Origin: an uncultured Candidatus Saccharibacteria bacterium
GTDB taxonomy: Bacteria; Patescibacteriota; Dojkabacteria; JAOAGR01
Reading direction: 5' to 3'
NCBI GenBank assembly: GCA_964626735.1
Contig: CAZVIJ010000005.1
Location: 1-49,774 of the forward strand
DNA: 49,774 nucleotides
Shown piece after piece: positions 27,545-36,814 of the stretch (positions are counted from its first letter, which is position 1; each line of letters opens with the position of its first letter). The notes beneath the pieces are model-generated. The model was not told the origin of the DNA, did not search any database, and worked only from the letters and a program-made list of their open reading frames with translations. The position numbers and the translations under genes were made by a program.

Positions 27545-29200
27545 CTCGCGATGTTTGTTGCGGATGGCTACCATACGTTTGGTCAATACGCCTTTCTCGA
27601 CGATAGAGTTGAGAAGCTCACCACCCAATAGATGCGGATATACAACAAAGTCTGCTCCCAATTCGTACAATTCGCGTGCCTCTTCGTCCTCATTGGCCGT
27701 AATCAGGATCATCGGGTTATTGGGTACATCATTCAGGTAGTGCAAGAGTTTACGGTTTTCCTTGAGCGTCGGTATAGTCGATATCACGATACTTGCCTTG
27801 TCGATTTCGCACGTCTCTAGGAAATCTTCATCGTTGAGGTCACCGTACAGTGCGTGGTATCCCCTTTGGGTTAATGTCTTAATAAGATTGGGGTCGTGAT
27901 CGATCACGAGCAGCCGCTTCTTTGATTTCTTGAACATATGTAGAAGGCTATTCCCTATTCGGTGGCAGCCGATTAAGACGATTTCAAACCGTTCTTTCTT
28001 CAATACATCATCGACGGGATGTTTCTTAAACGATAGGGAATCCAGCAACGGCTTGAAAAGAAGGTACAGCGGTTCGCCATATGCCGACAAAAGCGAGGAT
28101 GCGATCATGGTGCACACCATCACGAGCGTAATAAGCGTGATCGTTTCGTTACCGACATTGAGCGGATTATACCCTAAGGTATATTCTGAAACTTGGGCGA
28201 GGTACAGCGCAGTAAAGAAACTTGTCCGTTTGGAATATCCCAAGGATTTCATTATGAAGATTCCGCACAGGAACTTGATCAAGATGACAGCCAACGACAG
28301 GCCAAGCACAGGAACGATGATCGAGGATATATTCTCCAACTGCAACCTGAATCCTAAGAGCGCAAAAAAGGCTACCAGGCAAAAATCCCGAAGCGATTTC
28401 ATCCAGCTTTCGATTTGGAAATGCTCAAGCCGGTCGGCTAACGAAATACCGGCGACTAATGCGCCCAATTCGAGGCTAAATCCTATGTATTCGCTCGACG
28501 CGATACTTGCCAGCAAGAGCGTCCATGCAATAACGAGCACGTACATTATTTCTTTTTGATCGCGGATTGAGTCTAATACAGGTTCGATGACATGCCGCGC
28601 CACATAGAGGGCAAGGATAAAAAATATCGCTCCCTTCAAGAGCGTCAGTCCCGAAGACATTAAAATTGTAGCTATCTCGCTTGAGTCGATTTTAATAAAA
28701 TTATGGAGACCGAGGATTATTACTGAAGCGACGACATCGCTCAGAACCACAGCATTGAGGCTTATCCTTCCGTAGAGCGATTCCATCGATTTACGCTGGG
28801 AGAGGAGCTTCACGACGATAAGCGGAGACGAAAAACTCAACGCGATGGCAATATAAACGCTTGAGTTGACCGGGATGGAACCGAACCCGATAAGCACGTA
28901 TGTTACCGTCCCGGTAACGATTAAATTTATTACCGTTAGGAAGAGCGCCGTCTTTCCCAAATTCCTGACATCGTTTCCGGACAGCTCTAAACCGAGGATA
29001 AATAAAAGCAGTGCCAATCCGATATGCCCCAAAAGCGATGCATAACTACCCTCAAGATGCATTCCGGGGACAAACTTGAGGATGACGCCGGATGCAATAA
29101 ATCCCAAGAATACCGGAAGTTTCAGTTTCGCGAGAATAACGCTCATTATTGCGGAAGTTCCCAGTAAAATCGCAAGTTGATTGAAGAATGGGATTTCCAT
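27527..29200 (-). CDS. CPA2-family cation:proton antiporter with C-terminal RCK/TrkA-N domain
   Basis: About 11-12 TM helices make up a Na+/H+ exchanger-like region. A Rossmann-like segment follows (FEIVLIGCHRIGNSLLHMF ... LLVIDHDP ... GDLNDEDFL). It converges on ruvX with an 18-nt overlap. Confidence 0.75.
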   Translation of the reverse strand: MEIPFFNQLAILLGTSAIMSVILAKLKLPVFLGFIASGVILKFVPGMHLEGSYASLLGHIGLALLLFILGLELSGNDVRNLGKTALFLTVINLIVTGTVTYVLIGFGSIPVNSSVYIAIALSFSSPLIVVKLLSQRKSMESLYGRISLNAVVLSDVVASVIILGLHNFIKIDSSEIATILMSSGLTLLKGAIFFILALYVARHVIEPVLDSIRDQKEIMYVLVIAWTLLLASIASSEYIGFSLELGALVAGISLADRLEHFQIESWMKSLRDFCLVAFFALLGFRLQLENISSIIVPVLGLSLAVILIKFLCGIFIMKSLGYSKRTSFFTALYLAQVSEYTLGYNPLNVGNETITLITLVMVCTMIASSLLSAYGEPLYLLFKPLLDSLSFKKHPVDDVLKKERFEIVLIGCHRIGNSLLHMFKKSKKRLLVIDHDPNLIKTLTQRGYHALYGDLNDEDFLETCEIDKASIVISTIPTLKENRKLLHYLNDVPNNPMILITANEDEEARELYELGADFVVYPHLLGGELLNSIVEKGVLTKRMVAIRNKHRELLDRL

Positions 29201-29201
29201 C

Positions 29202-30935
29202 TTAAGCTTGAATCTTGTCAGATAACTTTTTCTCGGTATCGAAAACCCACGTGCGGATTTTCTGTATCTTCTCGTTCGAACCGAGCGGGAAATTTATCGA
29301 GTTTATCGGTTCAAGCTGCGATCTCGTGGAGCTGAGAAGAAGCAAAACATCTTGTACTTCCGTTATCGAGGCTTCCGGTATCTTCTCTTCAGTCGCGACA
29401 TACTTGGTCAATCCGTTTTTCTTCATCATTTGCTCAATCAAAATGGCATTGTCGATTCCTTTCGCGATACTTTCGTATTGATCCTGCATTTTCTCCTGCT
29501 TCATCAGCTTGAGAGCCCATGCTATTCCTGCCAAATCTCGCTCGGCTTCATCGCTCAGGCTCATCGTTTCAATTTCCGAAGTTCCGTCAAACCGATCGAC
29601 TACTTTCGTTGCTGCCGTATCGACTTTCCAAAAGAAAACGCCGAGCCTAAAAATCGGGACGATGAAGAACACGTAGATAACGAGAAATACTGCAAGATAC
29701 GCAATCATGCTCGTCAAGCTCATCTTTTCGTCGTCCTGTTTGGTGCTGCCTTTTCGCGCTGGCGTCCGTTTCTTGCTTGCGTTATATATTGGAGAGTCGG
29801 AGCTATTGAGCTTACGGTAAAATTCCTTGAATTGCTCGTTCTCCACTTCTATTTGAGGAGCGTTGTAACGATGCGTAAGGTTAATCGTATCGTCAAAATC
29901 GAAGCTGAGATCGCCGGTATTCTTGGGTTGGATAACCGGCGGGGTCATCATCGGCGAGTTGAAGTCATTGAGGTTGGCGCTTGCGTTCTTGAGGCTGGCG
30001 TCCTTGATGAAGTACTCGTACACCTGTACTATTCCGCGGTCGAAGCTGACCATCGGCTTCCAACCGATTTCGCTGATATTATCTTCGGGAACATACGCCC
30101 GTTCGTAGAGCGGATCAAGCTGTGTCTTGCTCTTGAGGAACTTTATTCCGCGTGCGCTCGGTTGTAAGGTCAGGATTTTATTGACGATGCTTAATACTGA
30201 AATGTCTTCGGGATTGGTAATCGAGTAGATTTTGCCCCGCGTATCGGGCGAAAAGAGCGCTTTGAAAATTCCGTTTACTGCATCGGTGATGAAGACGTAG
30301 TACATGAACTCGAGCCCGTCTCCGTATATCCTGATTTGGTCTCGGTAATACGCATCGATAAGGATTTGCTTCAAAAGCTCGTCTTGGTCGAGATCCATCT
30401 CCGGTCCGTAAACATTGCCGAGTCGTACGATTCTGCCGTTCAAACCTGCCTTCGTCACGTACTCCTGAACCGTCTTCTCGATATAGTCTTGCAGATCCGA
30501 TTCGTTATACGCAGCCTTATCGCGATCCCTGAAATAATTCTTCTTCAGTAGGAAGTCGCGATGCAAATGGAGGCTCGAGGTAAGGATGTACGAGCTATTT
30601 TTTTCCAGGGCAATCGTCAATACTTCGTCGACGAACTTCGTCTCGGCGATGAAGTACTTGCTCGAAATTTTATCGTCCTCATGGTCGAAATCGTTTTTCA
30701 GGTGAATGAAGTACTTTATCTGCGTGAAATTCGACTTGAGCGTCTCGATCTTATCCTTTTCGATAAAGAGGAAATGCTTGTCCTCGCTGTACTTCCTGAT
30801 GAACGGCACATGTTCGGCCGTGAAATCGTCGACAACGATAACGTTGCCTTTCTGCTCAAGCATCATCTCCACGAGCTTGCCTCCAATCCAGTTGGCGCCG
30901 TTGATGATTACGATTGTCGGATATTTCACGGACAT
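29202..30935 (-). CDS. Extended-SDR (NAD-dependent epimerase/dehydratase)-like domain fused to a TM helix and a ~150-aa C-terminal helical domain
   Basis: N-terminal 310 aa align by eye with GalE/RmlB-type SDRs: IVIINGANWIGGKLVEMML, RLGNVYGPEMD, YGDGLEFMYYVFITDAV, EIGWKP. TM segment MIAYLAVFLVIYVFFIVPIF lies at about residues 420-445. Confidence 0.6.
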   Translation of the reverse strand: MSVKYPTIVIINGANWIGGKLVEMMLEQKGNVIVVDDFTAEHVPFIRKYSEDKHFLFIEKDKIETLKSNFTQIKYFIHLKNDFDHEDDKISSKYFIAETKFVDEVLTIALEKNSSYILTSSLHLHRDFLLKKNYFRDRDKAAYNESDLQDYIEKTVQEYVTKAGLNGRIVRLGNVYGPEMDLDQDELLKQILIDAYYRDQIRIYGDGLEFMYYVFITDAVNGIFKALFSPDTRGKIYSITNPEDISVLSIVNKILTLQPSARGIKFLKSKTQLDPLYERAYVPEDNISEIGWKPMVSFDRGIVQVYEYFIKDASLKNASANLNDFNSPMMTPPVIQPKNTGDLSFDFDDTINLTHRYNAPQIEVENEQFKEFYRKLNSSDSPIYNASKKRTPARKGSTKQDDEKMSLTSMIAYLAVFLVIYVFFIVPIFRLGVFFWKVDTAATKVVDRFDGTSEIETMSLSDEAERDLAGIAWALKLMKQEKMQDQYESIAKGIDNAILIEQMMKKNGLTKYVATEEKIPEASITEVQDVLLLLSSTRSQLEPINSINFPLGSNEKIQKIRTWVFDTEKKLSDKIQA

Positions 30936-30999
30936 GCTTTCAATATGTACTCCAATTTACAGTATTCTGACGAACATTTAAATCGATTTTGCGTAGCGA

Positions 31000-31647
31000 T
31001 TACTTGAACGGCTGCTTATAGAGGTAAACTTCGACGACCAGCTTGAGGTTCGTGAGCACGTGATTTGTCGTCTCGTCGATGAGATTCACTTGTACTGTTT
31101 GCGTCTCGAATCCGGAGCCGTTGGAGACCTTAATCGTATGGGTCGCCGTATCGAGCACCTCGAATACGTTCGCATCGCCGCGCCTCGAGTCAAATTCAAC
31201 CGTAGCGTTTTTCGGGAACGGCAGAATGTATACATCGCTTCCGCCCGACTTGTTGATTTGGGAAAAATACTTTACCGTTCCGGATGACGACTCCAGCGTC
31301 GGCCCAGCCTCCCACTTTATTTCTACTTGGGCCGCCGGGATGAACTCGATGGAACGTTCGAGCGTGTAGAAGAAACCGGGAGTTCGAGAGCTTCTGACCA
31401 GTTTTACCGAATGGAAACCTGGCTTGATCTGCGGGACAATCTGTTCTTCTTTATCTTTAGCGGACGCTTTCTTTTCCCCGTCGATATAGATGTCGTACGC
31501 GCCATTCGTCGACTTGAAATTCAATTGGGAAAAGTTCCCGGGCCGCCCTTTCGGCGTGAGTACACCGTAAACCCAGTTCCAACCCGGAAAGAATGCCCCT
31601 GCAACCAGCAAAATTAGTATGACAACAAACAGGGCAGCTCTCCTCAT
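31000..31647 (-). CDS. Membrane-anchored PEGA-like domain protein
   Basis: Anchor MRRAALFVVILILLVAGAFF. YDIYIDGEKKASAKDKEEQIVPQIKPGFHSVKLV resembles the PEGA pattern (v.vDG...G.tP..l..l.pG.H.v.l). Confidence 0.45.
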   Translation of the reverse strand: MRRAALFVVILILLVAGAFFPGWNWVYGVLTPKGRPGNFSQLNFKSTNGAYDIYIDGEKKASAKDKEEQIVPQIKPGFHSVKLVRSSRTPGFFYTLERSIEFIPAAQVEIKWEAGPTLESSSGTVKYFSQINKSGGSDVYILPFPKNATVEFDSRRGDANVFEVLDTATHTIKVSNGSGFETQTVQVNLIDETTNHVLTNLKLVVEVYLYKQPFK

Positions 31648-31732
31648 ATCGTGGTTTCATGATACGAGTAACGCAGCCGAAAATCAACGAATTTGCATTG
31701 ATAATTTACCGTAAAATAGGGATAATTTTGAA

Positions 31733-32428
31733 ATGTCCTATACGAATTTCGGCGAAAAAACGGTTGATCCGGATGATTACGCATCGGCGGTTCAAAGTTA
31801 CGACGAAGGTTTTGTCTATACGAGAACCGAGAAGGGCCACATGGAGCGTGTCAGGAGCCTCAGGATCTACCTGCCCGATTTCGAGCTGTCTAGCGAAAAC
31901 AGGAGAATTCTCAGAAAATTTGAGGACGGCATGAAAGCCAATCCTGTTCCCTACGAGCAGTATACGTGGCATATCCATAAGCTCGGCAAAGATTTTTACG
32001 ACACGAAGTTCGGCGACGGCGTCTTCTCTGCGAACAAAATAAAGGAGCTGTTTACAACGCGTCACACCAATTTCAACGAGATCCTCACCTTTGCGCCTTC
32101 CGACGGCAACGAACCCCGAGGATACTGTATCGCCTACGTTGCGCTGACCGACGTGAAAATCGTCCATTATGCCTACCCGTTCTATTCTCTCGAGCTGATA
32201 AACTCGAGCTACGGTATCTATATGATGACGAAGGCGATAGAGTCGTTCAAGGCACATGGCTATACCTATGTGTACCTCGGTAGCGTCCATGAGACCGCCT
32301 CCCTCTACAAGCTGCAGTTCAAGGGAGCGGAATGGTGGGATGAGCAGTCGAATTCGTGGAACGGCGATATCGAAACTTTGAAGTCTCGGGTGAGGACTAG
32401 CATGCTTCACGATACAGAGAAGCTGTAA
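31733..32428 (+). CDS. Arginyl/leucyl-tRNA--protein transferase (ATE/Bpt) C-terminal-domain-like protein
   Basis: RSLRIYLPDFELSSENRRILRKF and GYTYVYLGSVHETASLYKLQFKGAEWW resemble ATE_C/Bpt motifs (qS.Rv....F..s...rR; YvYLGY.i....KM.YK..f.P.E). The Cys-rich ATE_N part is absent. The 234-aa antisense ORF is Arg-rich and judged spurious. Confidence 0.5.
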   Translation: MSYTNFGEKTVDPDDYASAVQSYDEGFVYTRTEKGHMERVRSLRIYLPDFELSSENRRILRKFEDGMKANPVPYEQYTWHIHKLGKDFYDTKFGDGVFSANKIKELFTTRHTNFNEILTFAPSDGNEPRGYCIAYVALTDVKIVHYAYPFYSLELINSSYGIYMMTKAIESFKAHGYTYVYLGSVHETASLYKLQFKGAEWWDEQSNSWNGDIETLKSRVRTSMLHDTEKL

Positions 32429-32430
32429 CC

Positions 32431-33834
32431 TTATCTCAGGATCTGCACCCCAACGGCCTTGTAGTACGTGGTGACCATTCCATCGGTATCTTGGTCGAGG
32501 GCTTTGTCTATTAACTTGCGATCCTTTTTCTGCAGAGCGTTGAGATACTTCGTCGCTACGCTCAAATCGTTAACGGCTACATCAAGATTGTTGTTGAGGT
32601 ACAGCAAGCAATGCCCCCTCAGCAGAATTGATTCCTCGTTTTCGTTCTTGACTAAATCGAGAATATCGCTGCGTCTGCAAACCTCGAGGTTTTTCTTGTC
32701 GAGCATATTTATTTGGATAATAAGTCGCGCTAGCCGCTTTTTGTCTTCATCGGTCTTTGCGTTCGTGAAGGCCAAATCGTAGTTCGCCAAGGCATCGTCT
32801 TTCAGATCGAGCTTGTAGAGGTACACCGATAAATTCTCATAATAGACGGAGGATTTTTGGAGCGTAAAAATGTCATTGTATATTTGCTTTATCTTCTCGG
32901 CGTCTTTTTTGAGGAAGAAGCTTTTCGCAAGCGCTTCGCGGTATTCGACAATCGTAGCGTCAGCTTTGATCGCGTTCTCGATGAGCGGTACCGCCTTATC
33001 GGGCTCTCCGACTTGGTTGTCGCAGTTGCCCTCGTAATAGTCGAGCTGGAATGTGGGAACCTTTTTGGCATCGAGGGAAGTTCTCAATTGGCTAATCCTG
33101 TCGAACAACAGCTTACATTGGTTTAAGTTGCTGTACGCGGAAATCTGGATAAGGTCGGAAAAGTCTTTCTTGTTCAGGTTCAATTGCTTAATAGATTCTT
33201 GGATCTGGTTCTTGAACAAATCGAGATCGAGCTTGTCATCGCTGACCGGAGCAAGCGTGTTGGCCTTATCGACCATGCCGGGGATATCGTTTATATTCTG
33301 CGAACGTATTGCAGTCAACACGAGCGGTTCTCGATACGTGTTGATCTTGGTTAACGTCGCGAAATAGTTCTCGATATCTCCTTTTTCGTAATAGATTTTT
33401 GCAAGGCGGTACGAATCGGTAGGATCAAGGTCTGCATCTTTCCAAAGCTCGATAGCCTTATCGACATCGCTTTTTCTCAGGTAGATGTCGCCGATGTTGT
33501 GGTACGCGAGCTTATCCATACCTGCAGTTGGTATCTGCTTGTAGTATTTGAGCGAGTCGTCGTATTTGCCCTTGAGATAGTAAAGTTCGCCTAGGTTGCG
33601 TTTCACTTCGGCGTTGTCGGGGAATTCCTTTTCGGCCCTCAAGTATAGATTTATTGCCCTGCTGTATTCTTTATTTTTGTATGCCTCGGTAGCATTCGGG
33701 ATAAGCGAGTTGCGTTCCTTCTTATGGTCTATGTTCTGCAAAATTGCAAATACAATTATGGCGACCAGAACACCTGCGAGGATAATGAGCAAATTGATGA
33801 TTAGGTCTTTGAATCTTACAAATATTTTCCCCAT
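32431..33834 (-). CDS. Membrane-anchored tetratricopeptide-repeat protein
   Basis: N-terminal TM LIINLLIILAGVLVAIIVFAIL. Multiple TPR-like units, e.g. AINLYLRAEKEFPDNAEVKRNLGELYYLKGKYDDSLKYYKQ. Confidence 0.7.
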   Translation of the reverse strand: MGKIFVRFKDLIINLLIILAGVLVAIIVFAILQNIDHKKERNSLIPNATEAYKNKEYSRAINLYLRAEKEFPDNAEVKRNLGELYYLKGKYDDSLKYYKQIPTAGMDKLAYHNIGDIYLRKSDVDKAIELWKDADLDPTDSYRLAKIYYEKGDIENYFATLTKINTYREPLVLTAIRSQNINDIPGMVDKANTLAPVSDDKLDLDLFKNQIQESIKQLNLNKKDFSDLIQISAYSNLNQCKLLFDRISQLRTSLDAKKVPTFQLDYYEGNCDNQVGEPDKAVPLIENAIKADATIVEYREALAKSFFLKKDAEKIKQIYNDIFTLQKSSVYYENLSVYLYKLDLKDDALANYDLAFTNAKTDEDKKRLARLIIQINMLDKKNLEVCRRSDILDLVKNENEESILLRGHCLLYLNNNLDVAVNDLSVATKYLNALQKKDRKLIDKALDQDTDGMVTTYYKAVGVQILR

Positions 33835-33885
33835 CGGTTTACAAGCTATTGTAATGATTTTGATGAAACTAACAACGTTACGGGC

Positions 33886-35187
33886 TTATTTATTTTGGAG
33901 CCGCTTGAGGTTTATGTGGTACCTGCGCAGATTCACGAAGAATATCGCCATGAGAGATAGGACGATCCAAATAACAATGCCGCTTATCACGAGGAACTTG
34001 TTTTTTTCTTTCGCGGCTTGGCTGGTATTCTTATCCTTGATAACGAGCGTACTGCGCTCGAGTTCTCCGCTAACGCCCTTGACGATAATATCGACTTTCG
34101 AATCCTCGCCTGCTCTCCCGACAATTTGCTTTTCGAAACTGCCGTCGAGATTAAGATGAATATTCTCGTCCGAGAAGTAGTTCTTGCTTGTCTCGACTCT
34201 GAGAGTCACGATCGAATTGTAGTCATCCACCGATCCTTTCAGGAGACAAACGTCTGCTTGGTTGAATTCGCACGGGGTAACGGATAGCGTAGGCTTAATC
34301 GTGTACTTCGAAAATGAGCTGACGACGAACGATAAGGAGTTGTTGGCATACGATACATTGGATATTTCACCTTCCTTCGGTAACGCACCGTCTTTGAGCA
34401 GTATCGGCATCCTCCCTTCCGTAACGTTCAAGTTCAGTTGCGTCAGCGTCACTTTCGCTTTCTTGTTGAAAATCGGCAGATTATTGGAATCGATCTCAAC
34501 CAATCCGCCGTGATCAAGATTCACATACTGGTCGAGATTCTTGAACTTTTCACCTAGTCCTTCTCCCGAGAAATCGAGTGGCTCGAGCCATTCGATTTTA
34601 TTGCCGATCTCTTCGCTTTCCAGAACGAAGCCCTTGATCGAAGACGCATTGGTGCTGTTAACGTTGTTGAAATCCAGATTAGCCTTAAAGTTCTGCGGAA
34701 GGACGACCCCAGTAACCGAAACGTTTGTTCTGCCTTGGTTTACGGGAGGTTGCGGCAGCTGTACTTGAGTTTGCGTTTTCGGCTGGCATTTCTGGGCATT
34801 GTACTTGAGGATCTGGGTGAATTGCCGCATGTCGCCTTGTTTAAGCGTTAGAGGTTGCGGCATATCGATTTTATCCGCCGAGTAGCAGTCGTATGGGTCG
34901 CTGTTTCCAATCGCGCAAGAATAGGTATGACCTTCTTGTACGCTCATTTTCCATATGATCAACCCTTGCGCATCGCTGACGAGCGTTGCTTGCGAAACTT
35001 TACCGGACGGGTCGGTGTCTTTGCAGACAAAGGGTACTCCCGAGAAAACTTTACCGGCTCCGTCGGTCGTGATGATGCGGACTGTTCCCGGAGATTCTGC
35101 ATACGAGGGATAAGCGATTCCGACGAAAAGTATGGTGAATAAAACGAATGTAGCTGTAAACTTGAGCATAACCGGCAGCGTAGGCAA
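33886..35187 (-). CDS. Type-I membrane-anchored surface protein, paralogous module to the 7007..8695 product
   Basis: Signal/anchor FTATFVLFTILFVGIAYPSYA. KIEWLEPLDFSGEGLGEKFKNLDQ...NKKAKVTLT aligns with LIEWIEPIDFSGTDVVGKLAKLDQ...TKKAKVTFK. C-terminal TM FLVISGIVIWIVLSLMAIFFV plus a basic tail. Confidence 0.7.
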   Translation of the reverse strand: MPTLPVMLKFTATFVLFTILFVGIAYPSYAESPGTVRIITTDGAGKVFSGVPFVCKDTDPSGKVSQATLVSDAQGLIIWKMSVQEGHTYSCAIGNSDPYDCYSADKIDMPQPLTLKQGDMRQFTQILKYNAQKCQPKTQTQVQLPQPPVNQGRTNVSVTGVVLPQNFKANLDFNNVNSTNASSIKGFVLESEEIGNKIEWLEPLDFSGEGLGEKFKNLDQYVNLDHGGLVEIDSNNLPIFNKKAKVTLTQLNLNVTEGRMPILLKDGALPKEGEISNVSYANNSLSFVVSSFSKYTIKPTLSVTPCEFNQADVCLLKGSVDDYNSIVTLRVETSKNYFSDENIHLNLDGSFEKQIVGRAGEDSKVDIIVKGVSGELERSTLVIKDKNTSQAAKEKNKFLVISGIVIWIVLSLMAIFFVNLRRYHINLKRLQNK

Positions 35188-35847
35188 TTATACCACACAC
35201 CCGGAGCTGACATATGCCTTGTAATAGGCGCGTTGACATTGGTTCCACGGAAGTTCGTAGTTGAACTCCTCGATAATCAATTGGTGCCGCAACGGCTCGT
35301 AAAGGTTGCTTAATGGTCTTTTCCGAAGCTCATGGTGGGTGTCCAACTTGAGCGCTTGCGTTATTGCGTACGTTTGAACGACGAGACCGTACACCATTGC
35401 GTACGTAAGCCTATCCATGACTGGATGGCTCCATGCGTGGCTTGCGATATACTTGACTCGTTCGGACATCTGGAAGTCGCACCGTGGATGGTAATTCCTG
35501 CCCAACCGTACTCGCGGTGGAGCTTGGACGAACATAGCTCTCCGTCGTTCGTTCTCTATCTCAACGATGCCCGGCTCTGGCCCCCCCTTTATATAGAGAT
35601 CCCAGTCTGGTGTCCTTGGATCGTGAGGGTTTTTGGCAGCAAATCCGTACCACCACTCTTGAAGGGTCCAGTCGTACGCGTCGTACCGCAATCCTAGATC
35701 TTGCAACGAATGAGTACCGGTATTCCAAGGGTCTTCACCTGCGGCAAAAGGCCGCAAGATAACCTCAACGACTTCTTTTGATCCGGTCGAGTATACCGGA
35801 GAGGTCAGTTGGGAAACGAGACTGTATGGTCCAAGGCTATTTTTCAT
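35188..35847 (-). CDS. Hypothetical cytoplasmic protein (Trp/His/Arg-rich), no recognisable family
   Basis: 219-aa ORF abutting the downstream surface-protein gene with 0-nt spacing. It has no signal peptide. The 121-aa antisense ORF looks spurious. Confidence 0.5.
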   Translation of the reverse strand: MKNSLGPYSLVSQLTSPVYSTGSKEVVEVILRPFAAGEDPWNTGTHSLQDLGLRYDAYDWTLQEWWYGFAAKNPHDPRTPDWDLYIKGGPEPGIVEIENERRRAMFVQAPPRVRLGRNYHPRCDFQMSERVKYIASHAWSHPVMDRLTYAMVYGLVVQTYAITQALKLDTHHELRKRPLSNLYEPLRHQLIIEEFNYELPWNQCQRAYYKAYVSSGCVV

Positions 35848-35910
35848 AGCAAGTGCATGTTATAGGATAACGTGCATTTCGTCAAGGTCTAAAGTGCCGC
35901 CCATTAAACG

Positions 35911-35934
35911 AAAACTCACCATATACATGGTGAG
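35911..35934 (-). terminator. Rho-independent terminator of the 35961..36362 gene
   Basis: Reverse strand reads CTCACCAT-gtat-ATGGTGAG followed by TTTTCG. The stem is 35915-35922/35927-35934. Confidence 0.65.
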
Positions 35935-35960
35935 TTCAGGTTTCTTTTATCGCATGAAAA

Positions 35961-36362
35961 TCAGTCTCTGACAAGGTAGCGAATGGTTGAAGGCATAAAC
36001 GGCTTCATCTCACTGAAGAATTCAAGAGATTTATCCGACCATACGAGACGGTCTGGTTTTCGTATGGGGCGAGGCCATTTCATACGCTTGAACGGTATCG
36101 GCATGAGAGCGCATTTCTCTGGCTTCAGAGTTATCAGCGGCTTTATGGGCCCACCGAGCGCGGTATCGGTAAAGAATACGCTTTTACCGTCATGGTCCTT
36201 GACCCAACCGTTGTCGAACCAGCCGAGGTGTTTGCCATTAAAGGTGTAGATGGACGAGCCTTCAAGATACGCCACGGGCTCGCCGGTAAAAAGATATATA
36301 TGCTCTCCGTCTTCGCTAAAGGCTACGGATCTGCCTCTCTTGTTGTAGAAAAATATTTTCAT
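35961..36362 (-). CDS. Small protein resembling the '4-fold beta flower' repeat family
   Basis: IFFYNKRGRSVAFSEDGEHIYLFTGEPVAYLEGSSIYTFNGKHLGWFDNGWVKDHDGKSVFF has the repeated x-G-x-x-VAY / IY-x-x-x-G-K-H-L-GW pattern I associate with that family. Recognition is from memory only. Confidence 0.4.
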   Translation of the reverse strand: MKIFFYNKRGRSVAFSEDGEHIYLFTGEPVAYLEGSSIYTFNGKHLGWFDNGWVKDHDGKSVFFTDTALGGPIKPLITLKPEKCALMPIPFKRMKWPRPIRKPDRLVWSDKSLEFFSEMKPFMPSTIRYLVRD

Positions 36363-36435
36363 GGGGCTTTTTTTCTTTTATCGTCAACGACTTTTAAGAG
36401 ATGCGGTGTTACCCGCATCCCACGGCAAGTCACCG

Positions 36436-36792
36436 TTACTCGAAATTTACAGTAGCAGGTTGGAGGTTGGTGATGATCTTGATGGTGCTGGGCATAAAGT
36501 GCTTGTACAGAGCTACTTCCGTTCTATCCCTGTTCGACTTTTCTTGAACAGAAGCTGCTCGGAAAAAGCACTTGAAGTTCTTCAGGTAGTACGCGAGATG
36601 CGGGTTAGTTTCCCTCCAGGGGAGGTGCTGTGCGAGGGCGTATTTAAGGTTGTCCGCCTGTCCTACGTAGAATACGTAGTAATTGTTGTCCTTAGGATCG
36701 AGATAAACCAATCTGTATACACCAGGCTTTTCCTTCAAAGATGAAACTCCCGTGGTATTTATCTTTATTCGTGGTGTCCAATTGATTTTCAT
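36436..36792 (-). CDS. Stand-alone GIY-YIG nuclease-domain protein
   Basis: KPGVYRLVY (GIY element) ... YYVFYVGQADNLKYALAQHL (YIG element) ... RDRTEVALY (candidate catalytic Glu). I prefer the ATG at 36792, because the track start at 36849 would run through the lexA promoter/operator region. Confidence 0.6.
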   Translation of the reverse strand: MKINWTPRIKINTTGVSSLKEKPGVYRLVYLDPKDNNYYVFYVGQADNLKYALAQHLPWRETNPHLAYYLKNFKCFFRAASVQEKSNRDRTEVALYKHFMPSTIKIITNLQPATVNFE

Positions 36793-36814
36793 AATTTTCG
36801 TAAAATATCTAACT

